Virus genome (UHGV): UHGV-0277504
Length of the DNA stretch: 64,000 nt
DNA from: a virus
Reading direction: 5' to 3' (one strand)
Shown one piece after another: positions 19,323-29,290 of the stretch (its first letter is position 1; each line of letters begins with the position of its first letter). The translations under genes and the position numbers were made by a program. The notes below the pieces were generated by a model that saw nothing but the letters and a program-made list of their open reading frames with translations, did no database searches and had not been told where the DNA came from.

Positions 19323-19646
19323 CTACACTTCATCTACTACGTTTTGTGCTTCTTTAAACATTGTATCTTCTAAGTTATAAATCTCACTTAAAGTAAATTG
19401 CAATGTGTCACTAATTCTAGATAGTGCAATTCTTTCAGTAACTTTAATATTTAATTTAGTAAAATGTTGTTTTACTAGTCCGTTATCTGTTTCTAATACC
19501 GTATCTCCATTAACTTTAATTACAAATTCGTTATTATCTTTGAGTAGTCGTAATGAACCTACATCAAAAGATTCTAACAATTTAACAATACTATTTAAAA
19601 TACTTAATTCTGATTCTTTTAATACTGATAATTTTTCATTATTCAT
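19323..19646 (-). CDS. hypothetical protein
   Basis: ORF. Confidence 0.5.
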   Translation of the reverse strand: MNNEKLSVLKESELSILNSIVKLLESFDVGSLRLLKDNNEFVIKVNGDTVLETDNGLVKQHFTKLNIKVTERIALSRISDTLQFTLSEIYNLEDTMFKEAQNVVDEV

Positions 19647-19649
19647 ATA

Positions 19650-20150
19650 TTAATTCACTCCTTCTTTGTAATGAATTGAATAGCCTTCTACTTGAGATAA
19701 TAAGAATTCTAAATCTACAGTTGAGTCATGTTCTTTAAACTCGATTAAAAATGTATTATTTCTATCACTTTTAAATGCATGTTTGAATTTATTAATCTCA
19801 TTTTCTAAACTATAAACATCATTTTTATTTACTTTAATAACTTTACCACTCTTCAAGTTGATAACGAGTTCGGTTGGTCTTTTAATGATGTCAGCATATG
19901 TTTCTATTTCTCTCTTTTGTTTTTCGTGATACTGAATTACTAACGTTAAATCAGAACCTTTTAGACCTTCCTTATTAAAGTTAGCATTTAAGTCATTACC
20001 ATTAGATAATGTGACATGATTGTCTAGTTTTCTACTTTCTCTAATAATTAAGTCCTCATCTTGTAAATGAATAATGATACTTCCTTTACGTACTTCATAA
20101 TTATATCCATACTGGCTTAACTTATCTTCAATTAAATCTTGATACAACAT
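19650..20150 (-). CDS. hypothetical protein
   Basis: ORF. Confidence 0.5.
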   Translation of the reverse strand: MLYQDLIEDKLSQYGYNYEVRKGSIIIHLQDEDLIIRESRKLDNHVTLSNGNDLNANFNKEGLKGSDLTLVIQYHEKQKREIETYADIIKRPTELVINLKSGKVIKVNKNDVYSLENEINKFKHAFKSDRNNTFLIEFKEHDSTVDLEFLLSQVEGYSIHYKEGVN

Positions 20151-20210
20151 TATTTTTTCAGTTCCTTTCTTATAAGAAAAACAAGAAAGGTTTATATTAA
20201 GGTTGATAAA

Positions 20211-21443
20211 CTATATGTTTACCCTTATTAATAATGGTTTACTACAAACCTCTACAAGGTTTGAGAATAACTTCTCATTCCATGCTTCTTGTTTTTCTAA
20301 ATATTTTCTTAATATATTTAAACTACCATTTAAGTCTGCATTAATTAACTTTCCTTCTTTACTCTTATACAATCCTCTTTTAACTCTTTTACCAGAGAAT
20401 GTAACTATATTCTTTTTAGAATCCCATATAGGTATTTCATCTAAATCAAGAAAACTAGATTTACTAGTATAAGATTCTTCCTGTAGAATGATATTGATTC
20501 CTTTTTCTTTACATTTATAAGTAAGTATTTGTATAAGTGTATAAAATGGAATTTGAATAAAAGTCTGTTTACTAGATTTTCTCATTGTTGTGTCTTGTTT
20601 CCACCCTTTGTTATAGCCTATGACTAAGGTATTAACTTGGTTTGAAACTAGTTGATTCACAACATAATGAGTAGACTTATGAAAGTAATCTTTTACTTTA
20701 TTCATTCTTTTCCTGTGAATACTACATAGTCTATGACTAGACTTTTGTCTATTCAATTTCCAAAGCAACTTTTTGTTTCTTGCTAATAACTTATTATAAT
20801 AAACATTCATGCTTTTAATTGGTTTACCATTAATAATAAATGGAGTAAATACGTTAGATGATACAGTCATTAAGTTATTAATTCCTAAATCTATACTAGC
20901 ATATCTACCATTATCTTTTTTCTTTTCTTTTATAAGTTTATTATACCCTATCTCAAAAACAATATGATTACCTTTAGGAATAATCCTAACAAATTGAACT
21001 TCTTCTTTAGTTAAGTTTGTTTTAATAAAAATATTTGTTTTTGATAAGTGGATATAGCCTTTACGTTTAACAAAAGAAATAGCTTTCTTTTCGTAATGTA
21101 CAATTTGTTTTCCATTCTCAGTATCTAAATATTTAGGTATTCTTGCAAAATACCCTTTCCTTCTTAAATTGAAAAAAGATTTAAAATTTTTATCTACTAA
21201 CCTTTGTGTACATTTAGATACTTTAGCAGGCAAAGCTCTATAGTCTGTATTATTAGAATGAGTAAACTGTTTATTAACATCATAATACCTTAGATACTTT
21301 TTATTTTTAAAGTAATACTGTCTTACTGCATAAAGTGTAGCATTATAAAGGTTTTTACTTAAAAAACATAAGTTATCTGCTTCTTTATATCTATTATCTT
21401 GTGTTGTTATTTGATGTTGTTCTACTCTAGTTTCATACTTCAT
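20211..21443 (-). CDS. tnpB: IS605/IS1341-family TnpB-like RuvC nuclease (no zinc finger)
   Basis: RuvC-I ASIDLGINN, C-terminal YTSKSS...NADLNGSLNILRK signature of TnpB/OrfB; cysteines of the zinc finger absent. Confidence 0.75.
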   Translation of the reverse strand: MKYETRVEQHQITTQDNRYKEADNLCFLSKNLYNATLYAVRQYYFKNKKYLRYYDVNKQFTHSNNTDYRALPAKVSKCTQRLVDKNFKSFFNLRRKGYFARIPKYLDTENGKQIVHYEKKAISFVKRKGYIHLSKTNIFIKTNLTKEEVQFVRIIPKGNHIVFEIGYNKLIKEKKKDNGRYASIDLGINNLMTVSSNVFTPFIINGKPIKSMNVYYNKLLARNKKLLWKLNRQKSSHRLCSIHRKRMNKVKDYFHKSTHYVVNQLVSNQVNTLVIGYNKGWKQDTTMRKSSKQTFIQIPFYTLIQILTYKCKEKGINIILQEESYTSKSSFLDLDEIPIWDSKKNIVTFSGKRVKRGLYKSKEGKLINADLNGSLNILRKYLEKQEAWNEKLFSNLVEVCSKPLLIRVNI

Positions 21444-21568
21444 TTTTCTAAATTTTTACTTTCCTTATTTAATTCAGACTTTTTTAACATAATACTTATC
21501 TCCTTTCTTATTTATAGTATAGCATAAACTAAGAAAAAAGACAAGTATTTATTTGTTTTTTTTACAGT

Positions 21569-21931
21569 TTATTTAAACTGATTTTCCACCTTTTTCTTTA
21601 TTAAATTATCTATATCAGGTTCATTAAATGATTTAATAATGTATCTACCTTTTTTGTTAAAAATAACATCAAAGAAACCATCATCTTGTAACCTAATAAC
21701 TGCTTCAATATTAAACTGCTTTAACTTCTTAAATATTTCTGTTGTCATAGGAGCCTCAAAAACAAAAACTACATCTTTATTTTTTTGTTTATTAACATGT
21801 TTTTTATTGAAGTTTGTAATACTACCATAACATAATTTATTTTTCTTGTCAATACCTTTAAAGTATTTTTTCATAGAATCATTTAAGTATGGTTCTTCTT
21901 GTTTTTTATACGGAAATGCTACTATAATCAT
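21569..21931 (-). CDS. hypothetical protein
   Basis: ORF. Confidence 0.5.
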   Translation of the reverse strand: MIIVAFPYKKQEEPYLNDSMKKYFKGIDKKNKLCYGSITNFNKKHVNKQKNKDVVFVFEAPMTTEIFKKLKQFNIEAVIRLQDDGFFDVIFNKKGRYIIKSFNEPDIDNLIKKKVENQFK

Positions 21932-22209
21932 CTTCTATATCCTTTCAAATATAATATCTTATGAAAATACTCTATTGCTCTGTGTGCTTTAGCTATTGTT
22001 GTAGCGTACTCTAATAATTCATTTTCTGATAGAGGTTTTTCTGTATCTCTTTTTATATCTGCTACTAAGTTTACTTTATCTAAACCATCATCATAAATAA
22101 CAGGAGCATATTCTAAATCACAATCTACTGTAGCTATTATTTGCTCTCCTGCTTTTTCTACTTTCAATCTAAACTCTCTATAGTAATCTTCAAACACAAC
22201 TTCACTCAT
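21928..22209 (-). CDS. hypothetical protein
   Basis: ORF, 4-nt overlap with the next gene. Confidence 0.5.
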   Translation of the reverse strand: MSEVVFEDYYREFRLKVEKAGEQIIATVDCDLEYAPVIYDDGLDKVNLVADIKRDTEKPLSENELLEYATTIAKAHRAIEYFHKILYLKGYRR

Positions 22210-22384
22210 CTGTATACCTTCTCCTTAAATCAATATATCCTGACTTTTCTCTAATATGTTTTAATCGTTGTAGTTTCTGTTCTCTTGTCAGGTTAGACCT
22301 ATACGGTTCTGATTTTTTGTTTTTAAATCTTTTTTTAGTATTCGTATCTTTACTTTCTTGTTGCATCTTCTCTAAGAAATTCAT
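22202..22384 (-). CDS. small basic hypothetical protein
   Basis: ORF with RBS. Confidence 0.4.
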   Translation of the reverse strand: MNFLEKMQQESKDTNTKKRFKNKKSEPYRSNLTREQKLQRLKHIREKSGYIDLRRRYTDE

Positions 22385-22407
22385 AACAAACCTCCTCTTT
22401 TGTTATA

Positions 22408-22447
22408 GTAACATAAAAGCAAAAAACAGTCAATACTTTTTAGTATC
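22408..22447 (-). terminator. putative terminator hairpin (agtcaatact/agtatcgact) with T-run on the minus strand
   Basis: 10-bp imperfect inverted repeat, A-run 22441-22447 on plus. Confidence 0.4.
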
Positions 22448-22520
22448 GACTGCTTAAAAAAAGGATAATTCCTATAGCTATGAATATAACTACTACCAAA
22501 AAACTCACGGTATCCCTCCT

Positions 22521-22904
22521 CTATTTTACTTTTTCTCCTTTAGGTACGAATCTATATATGTGTACTCGGTTACCGTCATCATCTTTTGAGTATACTCTAA
22601 TGAGTGTAAATTCTTTAGCTTCTTTAAATCTACTAGTTTTAAACACGGTTGTATCTACACTATTATCTGTTGTTCTCCCAGGAATATACGTAGGTAAGTC
22701 TTCTGTGAAATAGACTTTATTGTCTTTAATATGGTCTTTTGTGAAATCACCTATTTCTTCTACTTTCTCTCCTTTAACTTCTGAAGACTGTTTTGTAAAG
22801 TGTTCCGTATCTTTACCTTGAATGTTAATTGTTGTAATGTAAATACTCATAGAAAGAATTAAAATAATAATAGCTACAATATAACCTTTATTTAATCTAT
22901 CCAT
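22521..22904 (-). CDS. hypothetical membrane-anchored protein
   Basis: N-terminal TM segment. Confidence 0.5.
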   Translation of the reverse strand: MDRLNKGYIVAIIILILSMSIYITTINIQGKDTEHFTKQSSEVKGEKVEEIGDFTKDHIKDNKVYFTEDLPTYIPGRTTDNSVDTTVFKTSRFKEAKEFTLIRVYSKDDDGNRVHIYRFVPKGEKVK

Positions 22905-22968
22905 TTCTACTTATTCCCTTCTATAATAAAATAGCTTTCTCTTATGTAATATAAGAGAAAGCACAAAC

Positions 22969-23670
22969 TTAAATACTATTCATAATAAATACACATTTAT
23001 CTACAAGAGGACAATAAACCATACTCTCAGAATCATCTAACATATCTTTTAATTTAAGATAATGCTTAAGATAACTATCAGGATTAGCTAAATCTTTATA
23101 CCTAACTAAGCAATCATCAATTTTAAGTTCTATATCTTTTTTACTTACGATTTCTAATTGAGTTACTTCTTCACTAGAAGTTAATATATAACCTTTCTCT
23201 ATAACTTCATCTGATACATCTTCAACTTTTACATTATTTTTAATATCTTCCACTAGTTGATACTGGTCGTAATTGTAATCATCAGATTTAATTCTAAATA
23301 AAGGTTCTATTACCCTAGCTCTTTCAAGAATACTAATTGGTGCACTGTTTTTATGTTTATTATATAGGTACTCATTTTCTGTTATTCTTTCTTTTGATAA
23401 CCCAATATAATGACCTGTTGGTGTTCCAAATTTCTCTTCTAAATCTGGAGTTACAGTAGCAATCATAAGCGTATCATAATTAACTTCAGTACCTATTACT
23501 TTGTAATTACTTACTACATTTTCTAAACCTTCTAAATCTAATAAGGAATGTTTAAGCTCTTCTAATGTATAACCTGATTCTATATTCTTTATTTGTGTAT
23601 TTTCTTCATTATTAGGAGAACCATAATGTTCTTTATTCCTCATCTCATTTAATTTATCTGAAAAACTCAT
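22969..23670 (-). CDS. hypothetical protein
   Basis: ORF. Confidence 0.5.
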   Translation of the reverse strand: MSFSDKLNEMRNKEHYGSPNNEENTQIKNIESGYTLEELKHSLLDLEGLENVVSNYKVIGTEVNYDTLMIATVTPDLEEKFGTPTGHYIGLSKERITENEYLYNKHKNSAPISILERARVIEPLFRIKSDDYNYDQYQLVEDIKNNVKVEDVSDEVIEKGYILTSSEEVTQLEIVSKKDIELKIDDCLVRYKDLANPDSYLKHYLKLKDMLDDSESMVYCPLVDKCVFIMNSI

Positions 23671-23702
23671 ATGTTACACACCTACAATTCTACTACAATT
23701 TC

Positions 23703-24143
23703 TTATTCCTCTTGTTCATCATTAAGTGCTTCTTCTTTAGAACCTGTTTTTCTCTCTACATTATATAAGTCTAAAATATAGTACAAACCATTTTTATGAA
23801 TATTATACTTCTTATAAATATCTTCTACATTCATAAAATGATAATCTTTGATAAGTTGTTTTGTTTTTTCTACATCATTTAATACGTGAGCTACTCTCTC
23901 AGAAACTCTAGATTTCTTGTTTCTTTTCTCTACTTTATAACTGTTAATTACTGAGTAAATCATACCTGTACTTACTTTAACTGCTTTTGAGATTTCTTTA
24001 AACGGTGCTCCTTCTTCATATAAAGTAACGATTTGTTGCTCTTTAATTGTGTTGAATCTTTTATCTTTCTTTAAAGGTGTAAATTCTTTTTTATTTTCTG
24101 TACCTAAAATCTTCTCTTCTTCTTTATTTAATGAAATAAACAT
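23703..24143 (-). CDS. hypothetical HTH-containing protein
   Basis: FKEISKAVKVSTGMIYSVIN helix-turn-helix-like segment. Confidence 0.45.
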   Translation of the reverse strand: MFISLNKEEEKILGTENKKEFTPLKKDKRFNTIKEQQIVTLYEEGAPFKEISKAVKVSTGMIYSVINSYKVEKRNKKSRVSERVAHVLNDVEKTKQLIKDYHFMNVEDIYKKYNIHKNGLYYILDLYNVERKTGSKEEALNDEQEE

Positions 24144-24185
24144 ATAAAAAACTCCTTTTGTTTTGATACTTATATTATACTACAC

Positions 24186-24674
24186 TTAATCATTATTGTC
24201 AATATCTTTTACTAAAGTTAACTCACTTTCTTTAAATACCTTATCGTATTCACCTGTTAGCTTATAAAAGTAACTGTTGTTATCAGTTAGTACTTCTGTA
24301 ATCCTAGCAACATCTTTACTTGAATTTTCATTTAATAGATTAAATCGTTCATACTCTACAATATCATTAACTTTAAATTTATTGTCTGTTACATTAAATT
24401 CTTCATCTAAGTAAACATTAAATGTAATAAGAGCATTAATAGAAATATTATAAGGCACCCAATACCTATTATAAAAAGTTGTTTCTTTTCTAATATCTCT
24501 TGATATTTCTGTCATCTGGTGTCTACCAGGATTAAGTCTTACAAGGATTGTTCCTTGGTCTCCTTGTTCTAGTCTTAATACTTTACCATCTACTAGGTAA
24601 TGAATAATATCTGTTAAATTTTCAATTGGTAGTGCTTCTTTTACTGGTTGTATATTAATCGGATTGACTTCCAT
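24186..24674 (-). CDS. hypothetical protein
   Basis: ORF. Confidence 0.5.
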   Translation of the reverse strand: MEVNPINIQPVKEALPIENLTDIIHYLVDGKVLRLEQGDQGTILVRLNPGRHQMTEISRDIRKETTFYNRYWVPYNISINALITFNVYLDEEFNVTDNKFKVNDIVEYERFNLLNENSSKDVARITEVLTDNNSYFYKLTGEYDKVFKESELTLVKDIDNND

Positions 24675-24698
24675 AATTTACCTCACTCACTTTACACA

Positions 24699-25424
24699 TT
24701 AAATAGATATTCCAGCTTGTTCCATAGCTTCTTTAAATTTTTTGTCTTCTTCATTTAAATCTAGACTTTGATAGAATTCTTTTTCCTTTTCTTCTAATCT
24801 TTGTAGTACTTGTTCGTGTTGCTCCTCAGGAATAAATTCTAATAATACTTCTGTCATAGCTGATTCTCTAGCTGTTTGTTTAAGCATAAGCTCTTTTAAC
24901 CCAATATAACTTAAGCCTTTTAATTCCCCATTAGTTATCTTATTCTTTGTTTCTATTGCTCTTATCATTAAAGCTGGGTCTAATGTATCTACCCATTTTA
25001 AACCTTCTCTACCTTTATAAATAATTTCATCTAATATCTGAGCGTCATTATATATTTTCTCAGTATAACTTTTAGCTTCTTCAAAACTAGGTGCAATTTC
25101 TTGACCTTTATAACTCACCTCTTTATCAGATATATCATCTACAGAGGTTTTCTTTCTCTTATCTATAAGCTCTCCTAAATCCCAACCATTTTGAATAGCT
25201 TCTCTTCTTTTGTTTTTATATCTTGATAAAGATGGTTTAGATATGTCTAAGTCATACTCTTTACATATATCTATAATATCATCGAAACTCATATCTTCAT
25301 CTAAAGCATTATCTACTTTAGTTCTTAATAATTTATTGTGATATAGCTTAGAGAGTATACTCTCTTTTTTTTCAACAACTTTAATAGTGTCTTTTTTATT
25401 TTTTAAATTTTTCTTTCTAGCCAT
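24699..25424 (-). CDS. hypothetical protein with basic N-terminus
   Basis: ORF; first gene downstream of the 320-bp AT-rich regulatory gap. Confidence 0.5.
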   Translation of the reverse strand: MARKKNLKNKKDTIKVVEKKESILSKLYHNKLLRTKVDNALDEDMSFDDIIDICKEYDLDISKPSLSRYKNKRREAIQNGWDLGELIDKRKKTSVDDISDKEVSYKGQEIAPSFEEAKSYTEKIYNDAQILDEIIYKGREGLKWVDTLDPALMIRAIETKNKITNGELKGLSYIGLKELMLKQTARESAMTEVLLEFIPEEQHEQVLQRLEEKEKEFYQSLDLNEEDKKFKEAMEQAGISI

Positions 25425-25668
25425 AATATAATATTTCCTTTCTAATGTAAAAGTATGTAATTAGTTACATATATGAAACGTAGTTACAATTAATAAAACA
25501 ATCCCTTTACATCAACTTATTTCAGTCCACATTATATAATATATCACAATTTCTGTTATTATTTTATATCATTATAAGTATTTATAAAAAATATATACAA
25601 TTTTGTAGTAAATTTTATTTGTAAAACACTTTAATTTAGCTATATTTAATTGAAATACAGAGTTGTTT

Positions 25669-25691
25669 TTCATAAAAATTCATTTTATGAA
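25669..25691. promoter_or_regulatory. 9-bp perfect inverted repeat (ttcataaaa-N5-ttttatgaa), operator-like
   Basis: Palindrome inside the 320-bp non-coding AT-rich gap 25440-25760. Confidence 0.35.
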
Positions 25692-25761
25692 TATTATTTA
25701 CCTGCATTTTTTACTACTACTTACTTTACTTTTTAATAAAAGAAACTATTTAAATATACAC

Positions 25762-26262
25762 TTATTCTGCATAAATTCTCTCTGCTTCTGCTTTCATTTC
25801 CTCTACAAATGAATCATCTTCATAAGCTTCTTTAGTAAAGAAAACGATTGGCTCTTCAGCTACACCATTTTGATATTCATAAACATCATCCATAGCTACT
25901 TTAGAATACTTTTGATAGTAGTTAACCATGAATGTAGGTAAGTTAGCTAAAACATTATCTCCAAATAGACCAAATAAAACTACAATAAGACTATTCCCTA
26001 ATAAAGGAAAAGCAAAAATTAAATTATAAAGTGCATAAATAAATACAAAAAACCCAATAACTCTAAGGAATGGAATACTAAATACAATTCCTGAAATCAT
26101 AAACCAGTTAATAAATCTTACTCCTGCATCTACTGAAGCTGTTCTCAATGCTTCAGTTCCTTCAAACGCTTCTTTACCATTCAACATTAATGAATCTAAT
26201 ACTCTTAATCCTTTAATGCCTAAAAACCAAATTACTCCTAAAATAATAATTCCTAATAACAT
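25762..26262 (-). CDS. hypothetical polytopic membrane protein
   Basis: Several hydrophobic helices. Confidence 0.5.
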   Translation of the reverse strand: MLLGIIILGVIWFLGIKGLRVLDSLMLNGKEAFEGTEALRTASVDAGVRFINWFMISGIVFSIPFLRVIGFFVFIYALYNLIFAFPLLGNSLIVVLFGLFGDNVLANLPTFMVNYYQKYSKVAMDDVYEYQNGVAEEPIVFFTKEAYEDDSFVEEMKAEAERIYAE

Positions 26263-26309
26263 AATAACAAAATCCCTTCTCTTTTTTTATTTATTGTTTC
26301 TATAGTTAT

Positions 26310-26338
26310 ACTATAATACAAAGAGAGGGGATTGTCAA
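26310..26338 (-). promoter_or_regulatory. sigma-A-like promoter TTGACA-N17-TATAGT
   Basis: Plus tgtcaa at 26333-26338 and actata at 26310-26315. Confidence 0.5.
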
Positions 26339-26345
26339 CAGTTTT

Positions 26346-27191
26346 TTAGAAAAAAATTGATAATTTTTTATTATTTTTTAAGGTAATTTCAAAAGTGTAC
26401 CTGTTATCTTCTTTAATAACTTTAGAATAAGATATATCATTAGTTTTAAATGATAAAAATGATTGACCGCAAGCTATAGAATATCTACTAGTATTATCTG
26501 ATACAATAAATATTCCTGTTTCATTGGTATTATATAAATTATAAGTAATAGAGCCATCATCAAAGAATACACAAGGTATTTCTTTATTGATAATTCTTCT
26601 CTCTAATAGGAAATCAAGTAGTTTTTCCGTATCTACTTTTGTTAATTTATCTTTCTTTGATAGCATACCTAATAATGTTTGTCCTTCATACTCTTTAAGT
26701 GTTGTCAATAAGTAAACCTCGTGTTTAAAGTCTATAATTTCTTCTTCAATTTTATATAATTTTAATTTAATATCTTTAGCAAGTGTAATTGTAGCTTCTG
26801 AAATTTCAGGCTCAATAAATAAGTTTTCTACATCAATAGCTTTAACTTGACTTACTTGAGTTCCTTTTAAAATCATATCTGTAAGAAGTCCAGGGTCTTT
26901 TACACCTTGGTCTATTTGGTCTACTTTAACACTTCCTAATCCTGAAGATTCTAATGATTTATTGTATCTAATAATATTAGGTTTATCGTTATCATGAACA
27001 ATTAATCTATTGATAAATTCAAATCTATTACCTTTTTCAAATGTTACGTCTTCAATGTAAGGCTCAGGTATAACACCAATAGGATAATCTTTATCATGAT
27101 AAGTAATACCTAGTAGTTCAATTTCTCCGTTTTTCATTTTATTATATAATGTCTCAGGTTTAATCTTTTTAAATGTGTTGGTTGTTAACAT
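26346..27191 (-). CDS. hypothetical protein
   Basis: ORF. Confidence 0.5.
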   Translation of the reverse strand: MLTTNTFKKIKPETLYNKMKNGEIELLGITYHDKDYPIGVIPEPYIEDVTFEKGNRFEFINRLIVHDNDKPNIIRYNKSLESSGLGSVKVDQIDQGVKDPGLLTDMILKGTQVSQVKAIDVENLFIEPEISEATITLAKDIKLKLYKIEEEIIDFKHEVYLLTTLKEYEGQTLLGMLSKKDKLTKVDTEKLLDFLLERRIINKEIPCVFFDDGSITYNLYNTNETGIFIVSDNTSRYSIACGQSFLSFKTNDISYSKVIKEDNRYTFEITLKNNKKLSIFF

Positions 27192-27622
27192 TAAGAATCC
27201 TTCCTTTTATTTGTTTGTTTTCTAATTTTAAATATAAAAATTAGATGTGTACTTTTAAATGTTCTTTGCTCTCTAATACTTAGTTTTCCTATTAGTAAAC
27301 CACCTTTATGAACATAATAAAGTCTATCAGTATGTGTTATTTCTTGGTTTTTATATTTCTGTTTTAAGCTTAACATATTTTCATTTATACCTGTGGCTTT
27401 ACTAATTAAATCAATACCATATTTTTTTTGTAATTTAACATCAGTTGAAGATATATTATTAAACTGTTTAGTAAATAGTAATTTATACATAGTTGTTGAT
27501 TTATCTTTGTTAGGGTCTCTATGATTGTAAAACTTTGTATTCCCTGGTGATGGTGTAGGTGCAAAGTTAACTGGCATAAGTTTTGCTTTTCTTCTTTTAT
27601 TCATTGATAGACTCAACTCCAT
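27191..27622 (-). CDS. hypothetical basic protein
   Basis: ORF overlapping neighbours. Confidence 0.45.
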   Translation of the reverse strand: MELSLSMNKRRKAKLMPVNFAPTPSPGNTKFYNHRDPNKDKSTTMYKLLFTKQFNNISSTDVKLQKKYGIDLISKATGINENMLSLKQKYKNQEITHTDRLYYVHKGGLLIGKLSIREQRTFKSTHLIFIFKIRKQTNKRKDS

Positions 27623-28346
27623 TTTTTACTACATTAAAGAAGTCTTCTTCAATAACTTTCCATCTATCATTATAACCATAAATAACTACCCTTGTAAATA
27701 ATTTATAGGTATTTTCTTCTCCTAAGTATTTTATTATTTGATTAATAACTGAGAATTTTTTCATTCTTTTAGATTGTGTTGTTTGAGAGAAGTTACCTGC
27801 TCCGCCTGTGTATCTACCATTCTTATTATAGTTATATCCTGAACGGAAAGTAAAAGGGTCTCTTATTTGTTTTAACATTATTAATAAGTTATGTTTCCAT
27901 AGAATATTAAGTGTATGGTATGGGCTTCTCTGAGGTGATATAGTTGCCTTTTTGTATTTACCTACAATAGGTTTACCTTTAACATTTATATAGCTTATAA
28001 TACCTACATGGTGGTGTTTATATCGTTTTAGTATTTGTTCTACTTTAGGTACATGCTTATCATGACACATAATATATACGTATTTACATACTTGACTATA
28101 ATAATGTAGTTGTTTATTAAGTCGTTGTGTAGAATCTCTCTCTGTTTTTATCTCGATACCCATTACAGTACCATTTCTATCTAATACTAGACAATCAGTT
28201 CTACATTTACCTTGACAGATTACTTTCTCATTAAATATAGCAATGTCCTTAACATCACTTGTAATATCATCATCATAAAAAAGGTGTTGTTTAGTTTTTA
28301 TTAGGTCTTTTATATCTTTCTCATAAAATTTAACTTCAGAAGACAT
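27597..28346 (-). CDS. hypothetical protein (possible PD-(D/E)xK nuclease fold)
   Basis: D...EIK-like segment DCLVLDRNGTVMGIEIKTE; weak. Confidence 0.45.
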   Translation of the reverse strand: MSSEVKFYEKDIKDLIKTKQHLFYDDDITSDVKDIAIFNEKVICQGKCRTDCLVLDRNGTVMGIEIKTERDSTQRLNKQLHYYSQVCKYVYIMCHDKHVPKVEQILKRYKHHHVGIISYINVKGKPIVGKYKKATISPQRSPYHTLNILWKHNLLIMLKQIRDPFTFRSGYNYNKNGRYTGGAGNFSQTTQSKRMKKFSVINQIIKYLGEENTYKLFTRVVIYGYNDRWKVIEEDFFNVVKNGVESINE

Positions 28347-28875
28347 TTAATCTATCCTCTTTCGTTTTTTTATAATATTCTACTACACTCTCTAAAGGTG
28401 TATAGGAATTAAACCATTTAATGTTAGATAAGCCAATAAAAACACCTGTATATTTACCATGCTCAACAACTATACCATCTTTTTGTGTCATTTTTTTATT
28501 ATCTGGTTGTCTTTCAAAGAACCCTTTTCCAGTCTCACCTGTTACTGTGTCTCTACCTAACGGAATCACAGTAGCTATGAATATAGGTTCTTCTTCTACT
28601 TTCTTAGGTGTAACTTTCTTAGGTAATCTGCTTTTAATAATATTACTAATTGTTGTTCCTCCAGGTATTGTTTTTCTATATTCTTCAATTCTATATTTTT
28701 TAACTGGATTATCTATATTATTAACATCATGTACATTATATACAATAACATATTCTGATAAATCTTCTTCTATGTGTTCTACTATATAAACAGGTTTACC
28801 ATCAAAATAATAAGCTCCTATACTTACCCTCATTTTTATTGATGGACTATCAAATGCACTAAAATTAAAATCCAT
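28336..28875 (-). CDS. hypothetical protein
   Basis: ORF. Confidence 0.5.
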   Translation of the reverse strand: MDFNFSAFDSPSIKMRVSIGAYYFDGKPVYIVEHIEEDLSEYVIVYNVHDVNNIDNPVKKYRIEEYRKTIPGGTTISNIIKSRLPKKVTPKKVEEEPIFIATVIPLGRDTVTGETGKGFFERQPDNKKMTQKDGIVVEHGKYTGVFIGLSNIKWFNSYTPLESVVEYYKKTKEDRLNVF

Positions 28876-28939
28876 TCTTCATCAGTTCCTTCTTTTCTTT
28901 TTATTATACCATATAATTAAAGTAGAAGCAAATATGCCT

Positions 28940-29278
28940 CTACTTTTTCTTAATTAACTTAGCTTGAATAAAAGACATAATCAAGGTAGTAATTAATCCT
29001 ACAATAAGGTATCCTACTATAAATATAACACAATATAGTATTAAGAACCAAATATTAGTAGGTTGAATAAAATTATCAGAAAAAAAGCTAATTACTAATA
29101 AAAATATAAAACCAAGTAACCAATTAAGTAACGGGTAGTAATAATCAAAGTTATTAAAAGCTGGATAGCCAGCTTTTACTCTTTCTTTTTCAACCGACCA
29201 TTGTTGAAATAAAGTAGCGACTGTATTTATTGTAACTAATATCATAGTAGATATTAGTATAGATAAAACATAATTCAA
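28940..29278 (-). CDS. hypothetical membrane protein
   Basis: Three to four TM segments. Confidence 0.5.
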   Translation of the reverse strand: MNYVLSILISTMILVTINTVATLFQQWSVEKERVKAGYPAFNNFDYYYPLLNWLLGFIFLLVISFFSDNFIQPTNIWFLILYCVIFIVGYLIVGLITTLIMSFIQAKLIKKK

Positions 29279-29290
29279 AATTAATCACTC

